Shown here piece after piece: positions 18,610 through 28,530 of a DNA stretch of 64,000 nt. The position numbers were made by a program, and so were the translations under genes. The notes under the pieces were generated by a model. It did no database searches. It was not told the DNA's origin and saw only the letters and a program-made list of their open reading frames with translations. Source of the DNA: an uncultured Oscillospiraceae bacterium (GTDB lineage Bacteria; Bacillota; Clostridia; Peptostreptococcales; Anaerovoracaceae); contig CAZDQV010000001.1 in the NCBI GenBank assembly GCA_964507795.1, positions 578 to 64,577 of the forward strand, in the 5' to 3' direction. Position 1 is the first letter of the stretch. Each line of letters starts with the position of its first letter.

Positions 18610-19848
18610 ATGTATTCCATCGAAGAAATAAGAAAAACAGACAGTGAAATAGCATCAGCCATAGAAGCTGAGATTGCAAGACAGAACTCACATATCGAGC
18701 TTATAGCTTCAGAAAACTGGGTAAGCAAGGCTGTTATGGCAGCAATGGGATCCCCGTTTACAAACAAATATGCCGAAGGATATCCCGGCAAGAGATACTA
18801 TGGTGGCTGTGAGTGCGTTGATATTGCAGAGAATCTGGCAATAGAGAGAGCAAAACAGCTCTTTGGCTGTGAATATGTCAATGTGCAGCCTCATTCCGGT
18901 GCACAGGCCAATATGGCAGTATTTTTTGCAGTATTAAAACCGGGAGATACATTCATGGGTATGAATCTTTCGGATGGCGGACATCTTTCCCACGGAAGCA
19001 AGGTTAATATGTCCGGCAAATACTTCAATGCTGTTTTTTATGGCGTTGACGAAAACGGATTTATAGATTACGAACAGGTACGCAAGACTGCTCTCGAATG
19101 TAAGCCTAAGATGATAGTATGCGGTGCGAGTGCATATTGCAGAGCTATTGACTTCAAAAAACTCAGAGAAATCGCAGATGAAGTTGGAGCATATCTGATG
19201 GCGGATATTGCGCATATTGCAGGGCTGGTTGCTACAGGACTTCATCAGAGCCCGATTGAATATGCACATATAACTACGACTACTACACACAAGACCCTGA
19301 GAGGCCCAAGAGGCGGTATGATTATGAGCAGTCAGGCTGTTGCTGATGAGCTTAAACTTAACAAAGCAGTATTCCCAGGAATACAGGGCGGCCCTCTGAT
19401 GCATGTTATAGCTGCAAAAGCTGTATGCCTCAAAGAAGCATTGCAGCCGGAGTTCAAAACATATCAGCAGAATGTTGTTGCCAATGCCAAGGCATTGAGT
19501 GAAGGCCTTATCAGAAGAGGCATATCAATAGTATCAGGAGGAACTGATAATCATCTGATGCTGGTTGATTTGACAAGCGTAGGCATCACAGGCAAAGAGA
19601 TGGAAGCTCTCCTTGAAGAAGCAAACATCACATGCAACAAAAACACTATTCCAAATGATCCGCAGTCACCTAATGTGACAAGTGGTGTCAGACTTGGAAC
19701 TGCTGCTGTAACTTCAAGAGGCATGAACACAGAGGATATGGATAGACTCGCAGAGGCAATTTCACTTGTAATCAAAGATGCGGGCAGCAGAGAAAAAGCA
19801 AAGCAGATAGTTGCAGAGCTTACAGCAAAATATCCGCTTAATGCATAG
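18610..19848 (+). CDS. glyA: serine hydroxymethyltransferase
   Basis: [10 protein letters not shown] and the PLP-lysine block [14 protein letters not shown]. The start is ATG 18610 or GTG 18598; neither has a strong RBS. Confidence 0.93.
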   Translation: MYSIEEIRKTDSEIASAIEAEIARQNSHIELIASENWVSKAVMAAMGSPFTNKYAEGYPGKRYYGGCECVDIAENLAIERAKQLFGCEYVNVQPHSGAQANMAVFFAVLKPGDTFMGMNLSDGGHLSHGSKVNMSGKYFNAVFYGVDENGFIDYEQVRKTALECKPKMIVCGASAYCRAIDFKKLREIADEVGAYLMADIAHIAGLVATGLHQSPIEYAHITTTTTHKTLRGPRGGMIMSSQAVADELKLNKAVFPGIQGGPLMHVIAAKAVCLKEALQPEFKTYQQNVVANAKALSEGLIRRGISIVSGGTDNHLMLVDLTSVGITGKEMEALLEEANITCNKNTIPNDPQSPNVTSGVRLGTAAVTSRGMNTEDMDRLAEAISLVIKDAGSREKAKQIVAELTAKYPLNA

Positions 19849-19872
19849 TGGCAGATTCAAAACAAAATATCA

Positions 19873-19925
19873 AAAGGGGCTGTCGCATCAATGACTGTGG
19901 TTGTGGTGCGGTAAGCCCTTTTGTC
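19873..19925 (+). terminator. candidate glyA terminator
   Basis: AAAGGGGCT ... AGCCCTTTT outer stem with an inner CGCA/TGCG helix, followed by a TTGTC tail. Confidence 0.45.
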
Positions 19926-19940
19926 ATGTCCCGGATGCAC

Positions 19941-19969
19941 ACCAAAAAGCACCGGGAAAATACCGGTGC
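19941..19969 (-). terminator. intrinsic terminator of the Hpt gene
   Basis: On the minus strand: GCACCGG-tattttc-CCGGTGC followed by TTTTTGGT. Confidence 0.7.
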
Positions 19970-20002
19970 CGGGACAATCTGTATTGTTTTGAAAGTGTGA
20001 AA

Positions 20003-20365
20003 TCATTCGCCTATGTGAAACTCGTTCATTGCCTCAAGAACGTGCATATATTCCTTTTCAAGGGCAGGGAAGCTCTGCTTTGCGGCTTCGAGGTTCTCTT
20101 CACGCAGCAGCTCAGTTGTATCTCTTGCCTGTTCAAAAAGATTCTGAAGGCCGAGATTTGCACACAGTCCTTTGAGTGTATGTGCCTCACGAAATGCGTC
20201 CTTTACTGCTCCGCTTTCGAGAGCATCCCGCAGTCTGCTGAAGCTTTCGTCGGATTTGAATTTTGCAAGAAAACGCTCAACAAGTGCAGAAGCTCCGCCA
20301 AGGCGTGCTAATACTTCCTGCAAATCTGATCCTACTGATGTATAGAAATTTTTAAGATGTTCCAT
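20003..20365 (-). CDS. Hpt (histidine phosphotransfer) domain protein
   Basis: Phospho-His motif AHTLKGLCANLG in a four-helix-sized 120-aa protein. The start MEHLKNFY (20365) lies 5 nt after AAGGAGGGA. The ORF-track start at 20389 overlaps the -10 box. Confidence 0.8.
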   Translation of the reverse strand: MEHLKNFYTSVGSDLQEVLARLGGASALVERFLAKFKSDESFSRLRDALESGAVKDAFREAHTLKGLCANLGLQNLFEQARDTTELLREENLEAAKQSFPALEKEYMHVLEAMNEFHIGE

Positions 20366-20388
20366 AAGTCTCCCTCCTTGTTTATACA

Positions 20389-20418
20389 ATTATGCCACTT
20401 AAATGGCCGGCCTGTCAA
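20389..20418 (-). promoter_or_regulatory. promoter of the Hpt gene (TTGACA-18-CATAAT)
   Basis: On the minus strand: TTGACA (20418-20413), an 18-nt spacer, then CATAAT (20394-20389). Confidence 0.5.
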
Positions 20419-20689
20419 CCGCAACATCAGCATTGGGATAAAAATATCCGGGACAAGGTGTTTTTTGTTTTATTTTTGACAATTCGATATATTGTAAAAT
20501 TCAGAATTATAGTGTACAATGTATTCGGTGCACTCTGCATATATGCTTATTATACTGCAGATGCTGACACTACAATATTCTATTTATTTCTAATGAAATT
20601 GCAGCAAAGCATCCGGTATCAGTAGGCTACTACAGCTATATGCAGACATATACACAAGATGCCGCTGCAGATTGTGGGAGGACGTTATT

Positions 20690-22495
20690 ATGAAAAAAAA
20701 GCATATCCTTGCTTTAGTGCTTGTGCTTGCTATGGTGGTAAGCATGCTGCCGGGCTGTTCAGGCAGCAAAGAGCATGAAGCTATTACTATTATGGATGCT
20801 CAGCGCGATTACAGCGGACTTATCGAACTGGTGCACGAAAAATATCCGGAAATCAACATCGAAGTCATACCGTATCGCGGCGGCAACAGGTCTGCATATA
20901 TGAAGCAGCAGCTTGAAACAGGCAGCATTCCGGATATCTACTCTTCTACCCAGGCATGGGACTCAGATATTCAAAAAGAATACCTCATAGACTTATCAAA
21001 CTATGAGGTTGCAGAACGCTATTCTCCTGCACGTCTTGAAGATTATACAGTAGACGGGAGTCTCTATCTGCTTCCTTATGACTACAATATCACAGGAATT
21101 ATATGCAATCAGTCGCTTCTTAAGCGCAATGACATAGAGGTTCCGACAAGCTTTGCGCAGCTTCGCGACGAAACAGTGCCGGCTCTCAAGACCAAAGGCA
21201 TCAAGGTTTCAAATTCACTGCTTGACCTGCCGGGATCGGCGTTCCAATATTTCTTTAATATAAATTCGACGGAATTTATCAATACAGTTGACGGTAAATC
21301 ATGGTGCAATTCATTCAGCGATACAGACACCGATACATTTGCAAGTGATGACGAAGGTCTTGCTGCATGTGCTGAGTATTTCCAGCAGTGGATTGACTGC
21401 GGGATGCTTGTAGCTGACAAAGAAAGCGAAACCTACAATGGCGTCCTTGAGGATTTCACAGCAGGCAATACAGCATTTCTTGTAGGCACTGTGCAGAGAT
21501 TTACTCAGAATGAAGACGGTACAGGCGATCAGTACTGCCTGCTTCCGTTCCTTTCCGAAGACGGCAGCCAGAACACTTATGGTGTTACACCTGGATGTTT
21601 CTATGGACTCAGCAAAGAACTTGAAAAATCAGGCAACAAACAAAAACTTGAAGATGCACTTCATGTGCTTGAAGTTATTTCGAGCAACGAAGGATATCTG
21701 GCAATACACGGCGAAGTATCAACCAATATGTGCTCTATCACAGACTTTGAGGTCAATGAGGATTCACCATACAAAGAAGCACTTGAAGCTGTAAGCAAAG
21801 GCCATTCGATGAATATGATATACACAGGATGGGATGCTTATCTGGTACCGTTTGGTGAAGCCGTGCATGATTGGATCAAAGGCAAAGGCAGTGCCGAGGA
21901 AGCATTCAAGATTCTTGATGATACCAAACGCAACATTCAAAAAGAAGGCGTGAAGACTTATGCAACTGTCACAGAGGAGCTTGATACGGTACAGGCGGCT
22001 CAGCTTTCGGGGCAGATGTTTATGGATGCCTCAGGTGCCGATGCGGCTCTGATATCATACAATGTATACAGTCCGGATGTACATGCTCTGATGGAAAACA
22101 GTGCGGGAGCCAATGGCACAATCCTCACAGGCGATATGACTGAGGAATATATCACAATATTCCTGCCTACAAGCTGGTATGGTACAATCCAGACTATAGA
22201 GCTCAAAGGCAGCGAACTCAAAGCAAGAGCTGCCGAAGGCTGCGATACGAGAGGCACAGGATTCAAATACCCGTATGTGCTTATGACAGCTGATGGTGAG
22301 GATATCTCAGATGATGAGACATATACAGTTGTAGTATGCGGAGTTAATGCGGATGAAGCAGAAACTCTCGAAATTACAGATACAGGCATAGTGGGGCTTG
22401 ACGCTGCCAAAGAGTATCTCCTTAAAGTAAAAGAAGTATCAACCAAAACATTAGACGAATCACTTGTAAAGGAAATAGAAACTGAAGAAGAATAA
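20690..22495 (+). CDS. extracellular solute-binding lipoprotein (ABC-type SBP fold), no cognate permease
   Basis: Signal peptide plus lipobox LPGCSG. About 600 aa with an SBP family-1-like composition. ATG 20690 lies 7 nt after GGGAGGA. The stop is 6 nt before the hybrid kinase start. Confidence 0.7.
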   Translation: MKKKHILALVLVLAMVVSMLPGCSGSKEHEAITIMDAQRDYSGLIELVHEKYPEINIEVIPYRGGNRSAYMKQQLETGSIPDIYSSTQAWDSDIQKEYLIDLSNYEVAERYSPARLEDYTVDGSLYLLPYDYNITGIICNQSLLKRNDIEVPTSFAQLRDETVPALKTKGIKVSNSLLDLPGSAFQYFFNINSTEFINTVDGKSWCNSFSDTDTDTFASDDEGLAACAEYFQQWIDCGMLVADKESETYNGVLEDFTAGNTAFLVGTVQRFTQNEDGTGDQYCLLPFLSEDGSQNTYGVTPGCFYGLSKELEKSGNKQKLEDALHVLEVISSNEGYLAIHGEVSTNMCSITDFEVNEDSPYKEALEAVSKGHSMNMIYTGWDAYLVPFGEAVHDWIKGKGSAEEAFKILDDTKRNIQKEGVKTYATVTEELDTVQAAQLSGQMFMDASGADAALISYNVYSPDVHALMENSAGANGTILTGDMTEEYITIFLPTSWYGTIQTIELKGSELKARAAEGCDTRGTGFKYPYVLMTADGEDISDDETYTVVVCGVNADEAETLEITDTGIVGLDAAKEYLLKVKEVSTKTLDESLVKEIETEEE

Positions 22496-22500
22496 GCAAT

Positions 22501-25155
22501 ATGAAAAACCCTTTGAGTAATGTGCAGTTAAAAACACAGTGGATTATCCTTATAATCGCTGTCATATTGGCAATAATAGTCGGCTGCGGCAAGTATCTTG
22601 ATATTTATACGGATCAGCAGATTTACAAAGAGTCTGTATCCCAGCTCAAAGAAGTCAGCAATCATCTGCTCGAAAAGCTTGATGTGCAGCTTGAAATGCA
22701 ATGGGATTATCTGAGCAAGGTTGACAGTGCATGCGCAGAGTCTGATTCTATGACAGAAGAAGAAGTCTGCAAAATACTTGCTCATTATGAGAGCCACCTT
22801 GCCCCTACAGGCAAAGAAATGAAGTTTCGCCTGATAGACTCTGAAGGATACTATTATACAAGCGAGGGAAGACAGGGCTCGTGGACAGGACTTGACAAGC
22901 TCAGTGACCAGGACAAGCAGTCTTTCCTCATAGCCAATTGGCTTGACAACGAAAACTATATGGCATTTGTCATCAAAATAGGGCAGCCACTGACTGTGAA
23001 TGGTCATGAGATTACGCATGTTGTTCTTTTGCGCAGTATGGAGGATATGAAACCGTTCTTTCAGATGAGTGCCTTTAACAACAAAAATATTGCACTTATC
23101 GTAGATGCTTCCGGTACGATTCTGTCTGAGACAGGAGAAATCGAAGGCGTTGACATTACCGGCAGGAATGTATTCCACAAGATGGAAGACTGGGATTTCC
23201 CTCATGCTGACAGCTCTGCAGCGTTTCTTAAAGAAGGCAGGCGAGGAGATACGATATGTACAGACGTTAATATAGACAATCAGGGATGTTATGTGGTGTA
23301 CAACCGCTTGCCTGACTACGTATGGGGCGTGATGCTGCTGGTATCCAAAGACGATGTTGCAGTCAGCACCGCGCAAATGGTATCCTCGCTCTTGAAACTG
23401 TTCCTTGTAATTGGCATATTGCTTCTTGCGACAACAGTTGCAGCTGTATTCTTTGTCATGAGGCTGCAAAGAAACAAAAAACTTCTGATAATAGAAGAAC
23501 AGAACACAAAAGTAATGGAAGATGCAAACCGCAAACTTCAGATATTGCAAAACGAGACTCAGGAAGCGAGAGAAACGGCCGAAAAAGCCACTATGGCAAA
23601 GAGCCAGTTCTTATCTAATATGTCACATGACATACGTACACCTATGAATGCTATTGTAGGTATTACGGCTCTGATGGAAAGTGATGTGAATGATCCTGAC
23701 AAACTGACATATTACATCAAAAAAATCAAACATTCCAGCCAGCATATGCTTGGCCTTATCAACGACATACTGGATATGAGCAAGATAGAATCAGGCGAAG
23801 TGGAGCTTAACATTGAATCAGTCAAACTGGCTGAGCAGGTTGGGCAGGTTGAAAGCATCATCCGCTCTCAGAGCAATGAACGCAACCAGACCCTTATAGT
23901 CAGCACAAATGAGCTTACACATGAATACCTGATCGGAGATACTATACGTTTGCGTCAGGTGCTCCTGAATCTCCTTACAAATGCAGTCAAATATACACAG
24001 GAAGGCGGAGAAATCCGTTTTGTGATTACCGAAAAACCGTGTGACATAGATGACCATGCAACTATCATGTTCTCGGTTATAGACAACGGATATGGTATGA
24101 GCGCGGAGTTTCTTGAACATATATTTGAACCTTTTGTGCGTGAACAGGATTCTGTTACAAACAAAATACAGGGAACAGGTCTTGGAATGTCTATCACCAA
24201 GAGTATCGTGGATCTGATGGGCGGCAGCATTACAGTGCAAAGTGAACCTGGTAAAGGAAGTCGCTTTGATGTTGTGCTTACAATGCCTGTAGATCAGGAA
24301 GCAAGAAGTCTTGCTGATGTTGATGATGTGCTCCTCATTTGTGATGAGGATGAGCTTGTACGCAATGTATGCGCTGCTTTCCGTGAGGAGAATGTAGAGC
24401 TTCATGTAGCAGCAGGCAGGAAGCAGGCCTTGGAGCTTCTGCAGCAAAAACCATCTGATGCGATTATTATCTCAGGTAATATATGCGATGAAAATCTTAC
24501 AGATACGGTAGAGAAGCTGCATGAAGCAGCAAAAGACGCACTTCTGGTATTCTGCTGTGAATATACATATAGAGAAAACATAAGGCAGATGTTACTTGAG
24601 AGCGGAGTAGACGGCCTGATTGCGCGTCCGTTCTTCTTTGAAAATATGATACTGGCTGTAAACCATGTTCGCAACCAGTCGCAGTCTGTAAAAGACGAAG
24701 CTCATTCACCTTTGAGCGGCAAGCGTTTCCTCTGTGCGGAAGACAATGAATTAAATGCTGAGATTCTTGACGCACTGCTTACACTTCACAATGCGACATG
24801 CACCATTTGCCCTACAGGGCTTGACATAGTAGAGGCATTTGCTTCTGTAAAACCTGGTGAATATGATGCTATCCTGATGGATGTGCAGATGCCTAAGATG
24901 AACGGTATGGATGCAACACGTGCTATACGAAGCGGCGCAAATCCGCTTGGCAAGGTAATCCCTATTATAGCGATGACAGCCAATGCATTCAGCACTGACA
25001 TTAAAGACTGTCTGGATGCAGGTATGGATGCCCACCTCGCCAAACCTCTTGATATTACTGCACTTGAACGTGTTTTACAGGAAATTACAAGCGGGGGGGG
25101 TCTCAGGCTAAGCGCAAATAGCAAGCTTCGTGAGAGGTGTGCTACTCGTAAATAA
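22501..25155 (+). CDS. hybrid sensor histidine kinase / response regulator with ~270-aa extracytoplasmic sensor domain
   Basis: Two TM segments flank an extracellular domain. H-box FLSNMSHDIRTPMNAI, N-box LLTNAVKYT, DNGYGM and GTGLGMSI. A degenerate receiver-like segment is followed by a true REC (EDNELN, LMDVQMPKMNG, AMTANAF, HLAKP). Confidence 0.9.
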   Translation: MKNPLSNVQLKTQWIILIIAVILAIIVGCGKYLDIYTDQQIYKESVSQLKEVSNHLLEKLDVQLEMQWDYLSKVDSACAESDSMTEEEVCKILAHYESHLAPTGKEMKFRLIDSEGYYYTSEGRQGSWTGLDKLSDQDKQSFLIANWLDNENYMAFVIKIGQPLTVNGHEITHVVLLRSMEDMKPFFQMSAFNNKNIALIVDASGTILSETGEIEGVDITGRNVFHKMEDWDFPHADSSAAFLKEGRRGDTICTDVNIDNQGCYVVYNRLPDYVWGVMLLVSKDDVAVSTAQMVSSLLKLFLVIGILLLATTVAAVFFVMRLQRNKKLLIIEEQNTKVMEDANRKLQILQNETQEARETAEKATMAKSQFLSNMSHDIRTPMNAIVGITALMESDVNDPDKLTYYIKKIKHSSQHMLGLINDILDMSKIESGEVELNIESVKLAEQVGQVESIIRSQSNERNQTLIVSTNELTHEYLIGDTIRLRQVLLNLLTNAVKYTQEGGEIRFVITEKPCDIDDHATIMFSVIDNGYGMSAEFLEHIFEPFVREQDSVTNKIQGTGLGMSITKSIVDLMGGSITVQSEPGKGSRFDVVLTMPVDQEARSLADVDDVLLICDEDELVRNVCAAFREENVELHVAAGRKQALELLQQKPSDAIIISGNICDENLTDTVEKLHEAAKDALLVFCCEYTYRENIRQMLLESGVDGLIARPFFFENMILAVNHVRNQSQSVKDEAHSPLSGKRFLCAEDNELNAEILDALLTLHNATCTICPTGLDIVEAFASVKPGEYDAILMDVQMPKMNGMDATRAIRSGANPLGKVIPIIAMTANAFSTDIKDCLDAGMDAHLAKPLDITALERVLQEITSGGGLRLSANSKLRERCATRK

Positions 25156-25160
25156 CAAAT

Positions 25161-25207
25161 AAAAAAAGCGGGAATGATATGTGATTTGCACACCGTTCCC
25201 GCTTTTA
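25161..25207. terminator. bidirectional intrinsic terminator
   Basis: AAAAAAA-GCGGGAA ... TTCCCGC-TTTT between convergent genes. Confidence 0.7.
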
Positions 25208-25264
25208 GATTGTAGAGTTTTTTGACCTTGTTACAGTAAATTCCCCGATAAAGACACCTTATAT

Positions 25265-26389
25265 TTATGAGCGTATGTGCTCTGTCAGGAGCATTTCATC
25301 TAAAATATCTGTAATCTCATATTGTGAGTCATAATGAGTGTTTTTGTCTATATCTTTGAGCTCATCTGAGATATCCTTGAGTGCCTGGAGCAGCAACGGA
25401 TTAAATGCGCCGCATTCTCCGTTTAATATCATATCCAAGGCTTTTTCGTGGGAAAAAGCATCTTTGTAGCAGCGTACACTTGTCAGAGCTTCATAAACAT
25501 CTGCAAGGGACACCACCTGTGCGGAGATAGGAATATCATCGCCTGACAGACCGTCAGGATATCCTTTGCCGTCATATTTCTCGTGATGCCAGCGGCATAT
25601 ACTGCGTGCTGTACGGACAAACTTGCTTGTCTGATCAAGAGCTGCACTGCTTAATATTTTGTCACCTTCGATGGAATGGGTCTTCATAAGCTCCCATTCC
25701 TCATCTGTCAGTTTGCCGGGTTTGTTGAGCACTTCCTCAGGAATCTTGATTTTCCCTATGTCATGCAAAGCAGACAGGGAAGATATGAGGGAAATGTTTG
25801 ATTTGGTCAGGTTGTAGCGGTTTGTAATCTCAGACAGTCTGTGAAGCAACAGATTAGTTATAATCTGGACGTTGAGAGTATGTGAACCTGATTCATGATT
25901 TCTCAGCTCTATGATGTTACTGAATATGTTTATCATTGAGCTGTTGAATTTCTCCCGCTCATATATCTGTTTTTCAACAAGGTGAATGAGTTTTTTTCGG
26001 TTCTGATACATCAGAAGCGTGTTTTCCACTCTCCGCTGTACCACTAAAGCCCGGAATGGCCTGTTGATATAGTCTGTTACGCCAAGCTGATAAGCCTGAG
26101 TCATAAATTCAATGCTGTCCTCAGCTGATATGATGATTACTGGAATTTCTTCAATCCAGTGATTGTCATTCATGACACGCAACACATCAAAGCCATCCAT
26201 TTCAGGCATATTGAGATCCAAAAGAATGAGGTCAATGTCTTCATCGGTTTTGAGCATATTGACTGCTTCCGCACCATTGGTTGCAAAGACAAAGTCATAT
26301 TGATCTCCAAGCATGAGAGCGAGCATACTCCGGTTCAGTTCGGCATCATCTGCAATCAGTATTTTGTTTTTCTGGTTGGTTGTACTCAT
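25265..26389 (-). CDS. response regulator with HD-GYP (c-di-GMP phosphodiesterase-type) output domain
   Basis: REC motifs (ILIADDAELN, LLDLNMPEMDG), HD motif LHDIGKI and HHEKYDGKGYPDGL. Confidence 0.88.
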   Translation of the reverse strand: MSTTNQKNKILIADDAELNRSMLALMLGDQYDFVFATNGAEAVNMLKTDEDIDLILLDLNMPEMDGFDVLRVMNDNHWIEEIPVIIISAEDSIEFMTQAYQLGVTDYINRPFRALVVQRRVENTLLMYQNRKKLIHLVEKQIYEREKFNSSMINIFSNIIELRNHESGSHTLNVQIITNLLLHRLSEITNRYNLTKSNISLISSLSALHDIGKIKIPEEVLNKPGKLTDEEWELMKTHSIEGDKILSSAALDQTSKFVRTARSICRWHHEKYDGKGYPDGLSGDDIPISAQVVSLADVYEALTSVRCYKDAFSHEKALDMILNGECGAFNPLLLQALKDISDELKDIDKNTHYDSQYEITDILDEMLLTEHIRS

Positions 26390-26446
26390 AATATACTATA
26401 CCTCACGTGTCATAGCGTTATCGCTGCTTTTGCAAAAGCTTGTCTG

Positions 26447-28384
26447 TTATTTTGATACGAATCTGGTCAGTACTTCGTGAATAGAATCAGCACTGATAGG
26501 TTTTGGCAGATGATAATTCATACCTGCCTCGACGGTCTGCTGTTTTTCATCATCAAAAACGTCAGCTGTCATGGCGACAATCGGAATGGATTGTGCATCC
26601 GGGTGATCTGAACTGCGGATGGCTTTGGTTGCTGTAAGCCCGTCCATCACAGGCATACGCACATCCATCAGAACTATATCAAATGCACCGGAAGCTGATG
26701 TGGTGAATGTATCCAAAGCCTCCTGCCCGTTGCCTGCTGTTGTAACATTGCAGCCGAAGTCTTCAAGTATGGTTTTTGCCACATATGTATTGAGCTCGTT
26801 GTCTTCTACAAGCAGGACACGTGTCCCGGTAAGATCTGTGGTTACAGTCTTTGGTACGTCAGATAACGGATAATCTTTGTACTCTGCTATATCTACAAAG
26901 AATTCAACTATAAATTCGGTCCCTTTGCCAAGTTCGCTCTTGACATCAATGGTACCTCCCATTGCATCTACGAGGCTTTTGACAATAGGAAGGCCAAGGC
27001 CTGTGCCCTGTTTCTTCTTGCCAAGCTCAGAATGCTCACGAGCAAAAGGTTCAAACAGATGATCAAGGAAATCCTCGCTCATTCCTATGCCGTTGTCACG
27101 TACTTTGAACTCTATTTTGAGTTTGTTGTCTGTATGTTCTTTGTTTGTTACAGTAAACCATACGTCTCCGCCTTCAGGTGTAAACTTGGCTGCATTTGAC
27201 AGGAGATTGAAAAATATCTGATTGAAACGCAACTTGTCTACCAGTATGGTATATTCGCCGGGTCTTAATTCACTGTGGAAATTGATATGGTTTGCATCCA
27301 TCAGTGGCTGGATTACAGTGCCGACAGTGTTGAGAAACTCTGAACGTGTCAGACGCTCTTTTTTGAGGGTCAGCTCACCGCTTTCGATTTTGCTCATATC
27401 CAGTATGTCATTGATGAGGCCGAGAAGGAAATTCTCCGATATCTCCATCTTGCCCAGATACTTTTTGATTGTTTTGATGTCATCCTCTTTGCGTGCAAGC
27501 TGTGTGAGATTTAATATCGCATTCATAGGAGTGCGTATGTCATGACTCATGTTTGACAGGAATGTTGTCTTTACCTTGCTTGCCTCCAGAGCTTTTTGGG
27601 TGGCTTCCTGAGCTTTGTTCAAAGCCTGTTGTATTTCCTGCTGATGCTGCATCTGGAAATGGTCAGCTTCCCTTGCAGCTATGAACATGTATCCGAGGAG
27701 TGCCACGAGTACCGAACAAAACGGCTGAAACGGGAATATCTGATAAATAGGGATTACAAGGCTGTTCACTGCCGCTGATACAAGCGGAATCAGCGAAATC
27801 ATAAGAGAATGCAAAAGCCATGGATTCTCCTTTTGGGTTTTGCGTATACATATCACGATGGCATATATAAATGGTTCTATGTAATAGAAGAAGTTCAGGT
27901 ATGAAAAAAATGTGAACAGCGGGCCGCGTATATATGTGCAGTCATCGCCGATAGACCACAGCACACCTGTAAACGGACTCAGAATAACCAGTCCCAGAAG
28001 AACTATAACAGGTACATATTCAAGTTTGTGTGTAAAGCTGTGAAACTCAAGATTTACGAAATTGCGTACAAATCTCTGCCATATAAAAGGAAGCATGACA
28101 TAAGCAATATAGAAAACAAATACAACAGTGCCAAACAGCCAGTTTGGACATGAATCCGTAAGGTCACATGTGATAAAAAGTCCGTCAAGCAGCACATAAC
28201 ACATGGTCATGAGGATAAGGCTGCGACATCTGAGACGGCTCTGGCTCTGACGGCTCAGCGTAGATGAGCGTATGAAAAGTATAAGCAGTATGATAAGCAT
28301 AAAAAATGTGCTTGTAAGATAATTACCGATAATAGTCGCCACTTCCTCTCTGTATTTGAACCGGGAACAGTTTATTGCTCCCAT
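26447..28384 (-). CDS. hybrid sensor histidine kinase / response regulator with ~7-TM N-terminal domain
   Basis: About 230 aa of consecutive TM helices, then H-box FLSNMSHDIRTPMNAI, NAAKFT, DNGIGM, GTGLGLPI and REC (VEDNELN, LMDVRMPVMDG, HLPKP). Confidence 0.9.
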   Translation of the reverse strand: MGAINCSRFKYREEVATIIGNYLTSTFFMLIILLILFIRSSTLSRQSQSRLRCRSLILMTMCYVLLDGLFITCDLTDSCPNWLFGTVVFVFYIAYVMLPFIWQRFVRNFVNLEFHSFTHKLEYVPVIVLLGLVILSPFTGVLWSIGDDCTYIRGPLFTFFSYLNFFYYIEPFIYAIVICIRKTQKENPWLLHSLMISLIPLVSAAVNSLVIPIYQIFPFQPFCSVLVALLGYMFIAAREADHFQMQHQQEIQQALNKAQEATQKALEASKVKTTFLSNMSHDIRTPMNAILNLTQLARKEDDIKTIKKYLGKMEISENFLLGLINDILDMSKIESGELTLKKERLTRSEFLNTVGTVIQPLMDANHINFHSELRPGEYTILVDKLRFNQIFFNLLSNAAKFTPEGGDVWFTVTNKEHTDNKLKIEFKVRDNGIGMSEDFLDHLFEPFAREHSELGKKKQGTGLGLPIVKSLVDAMGGTIDVKSELGKGTEFIVEFFVDIAEYKDYPLSDVPKTVTTDLTGTRVLLVEDNELNTYVAKTILEDFGCNVTTAGNGQEALDTFTTSASGAFDIVLMDVRMPVMDGLTATKAIRSSDHPDAQSIPIVAMTADVFDDEKQQTVEAGMNYHLPKPISADSIHEVLTRFVSK

Positions 28385-28413
28385 ATAATGTTTGAACCAA
28401 TAGTATCTTCTAA

Positions 28414-28442
28414 ATTGTACCTTGAAATATGGAAAATTTCAA
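28414..28442 (-). promoter_or_regulatory. promoter of the 7-TM hybrid kinase operon (TTGAAA-17-TACAAT)
   Basis: On the minus strand: TTGAAA (28442-28437), a 17-nt spacer, then TACAAT (28419-28414). Confidence 0.55.
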
Positions 28443-28478
28443 CTGTTTATTTGCAAATTTCACCACAATTATTTTGGA

Positions 28479-28527
28479 GTTAATTCCTAAAGTAAATTCT
28501 ACAGTGGAATTTACTTTGAGAATTTAC
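28479..28527. repeat. nested palindromic element, copy A (GTTAATTCC-taaa-GTAAATTCT-aca-GTGGAATTTAC-tttga-GAATTTAC)
   Basis: Imperfect 49-nt palindrome built from four GTAAATTCC/GGAATTTAC half-sites. About 90% identical by eye to the copy at 49373-49414. Confidence 0.85.
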
Positions 28528-28530
28528 GTT

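Noticed and set aside
22528-23550. Long antisense ORFs (22528-23550, 42001-42843, 50771-51373, 56483-57046, 57118-57696, 23818-24447 and similar).
   Set aside because: They lie entirely opposite well-supported genes, have low-complexity or Cys/Phe/Leu-rich composition, and show no RBS and no recognisable motifs. They are typical shadow ORFs.
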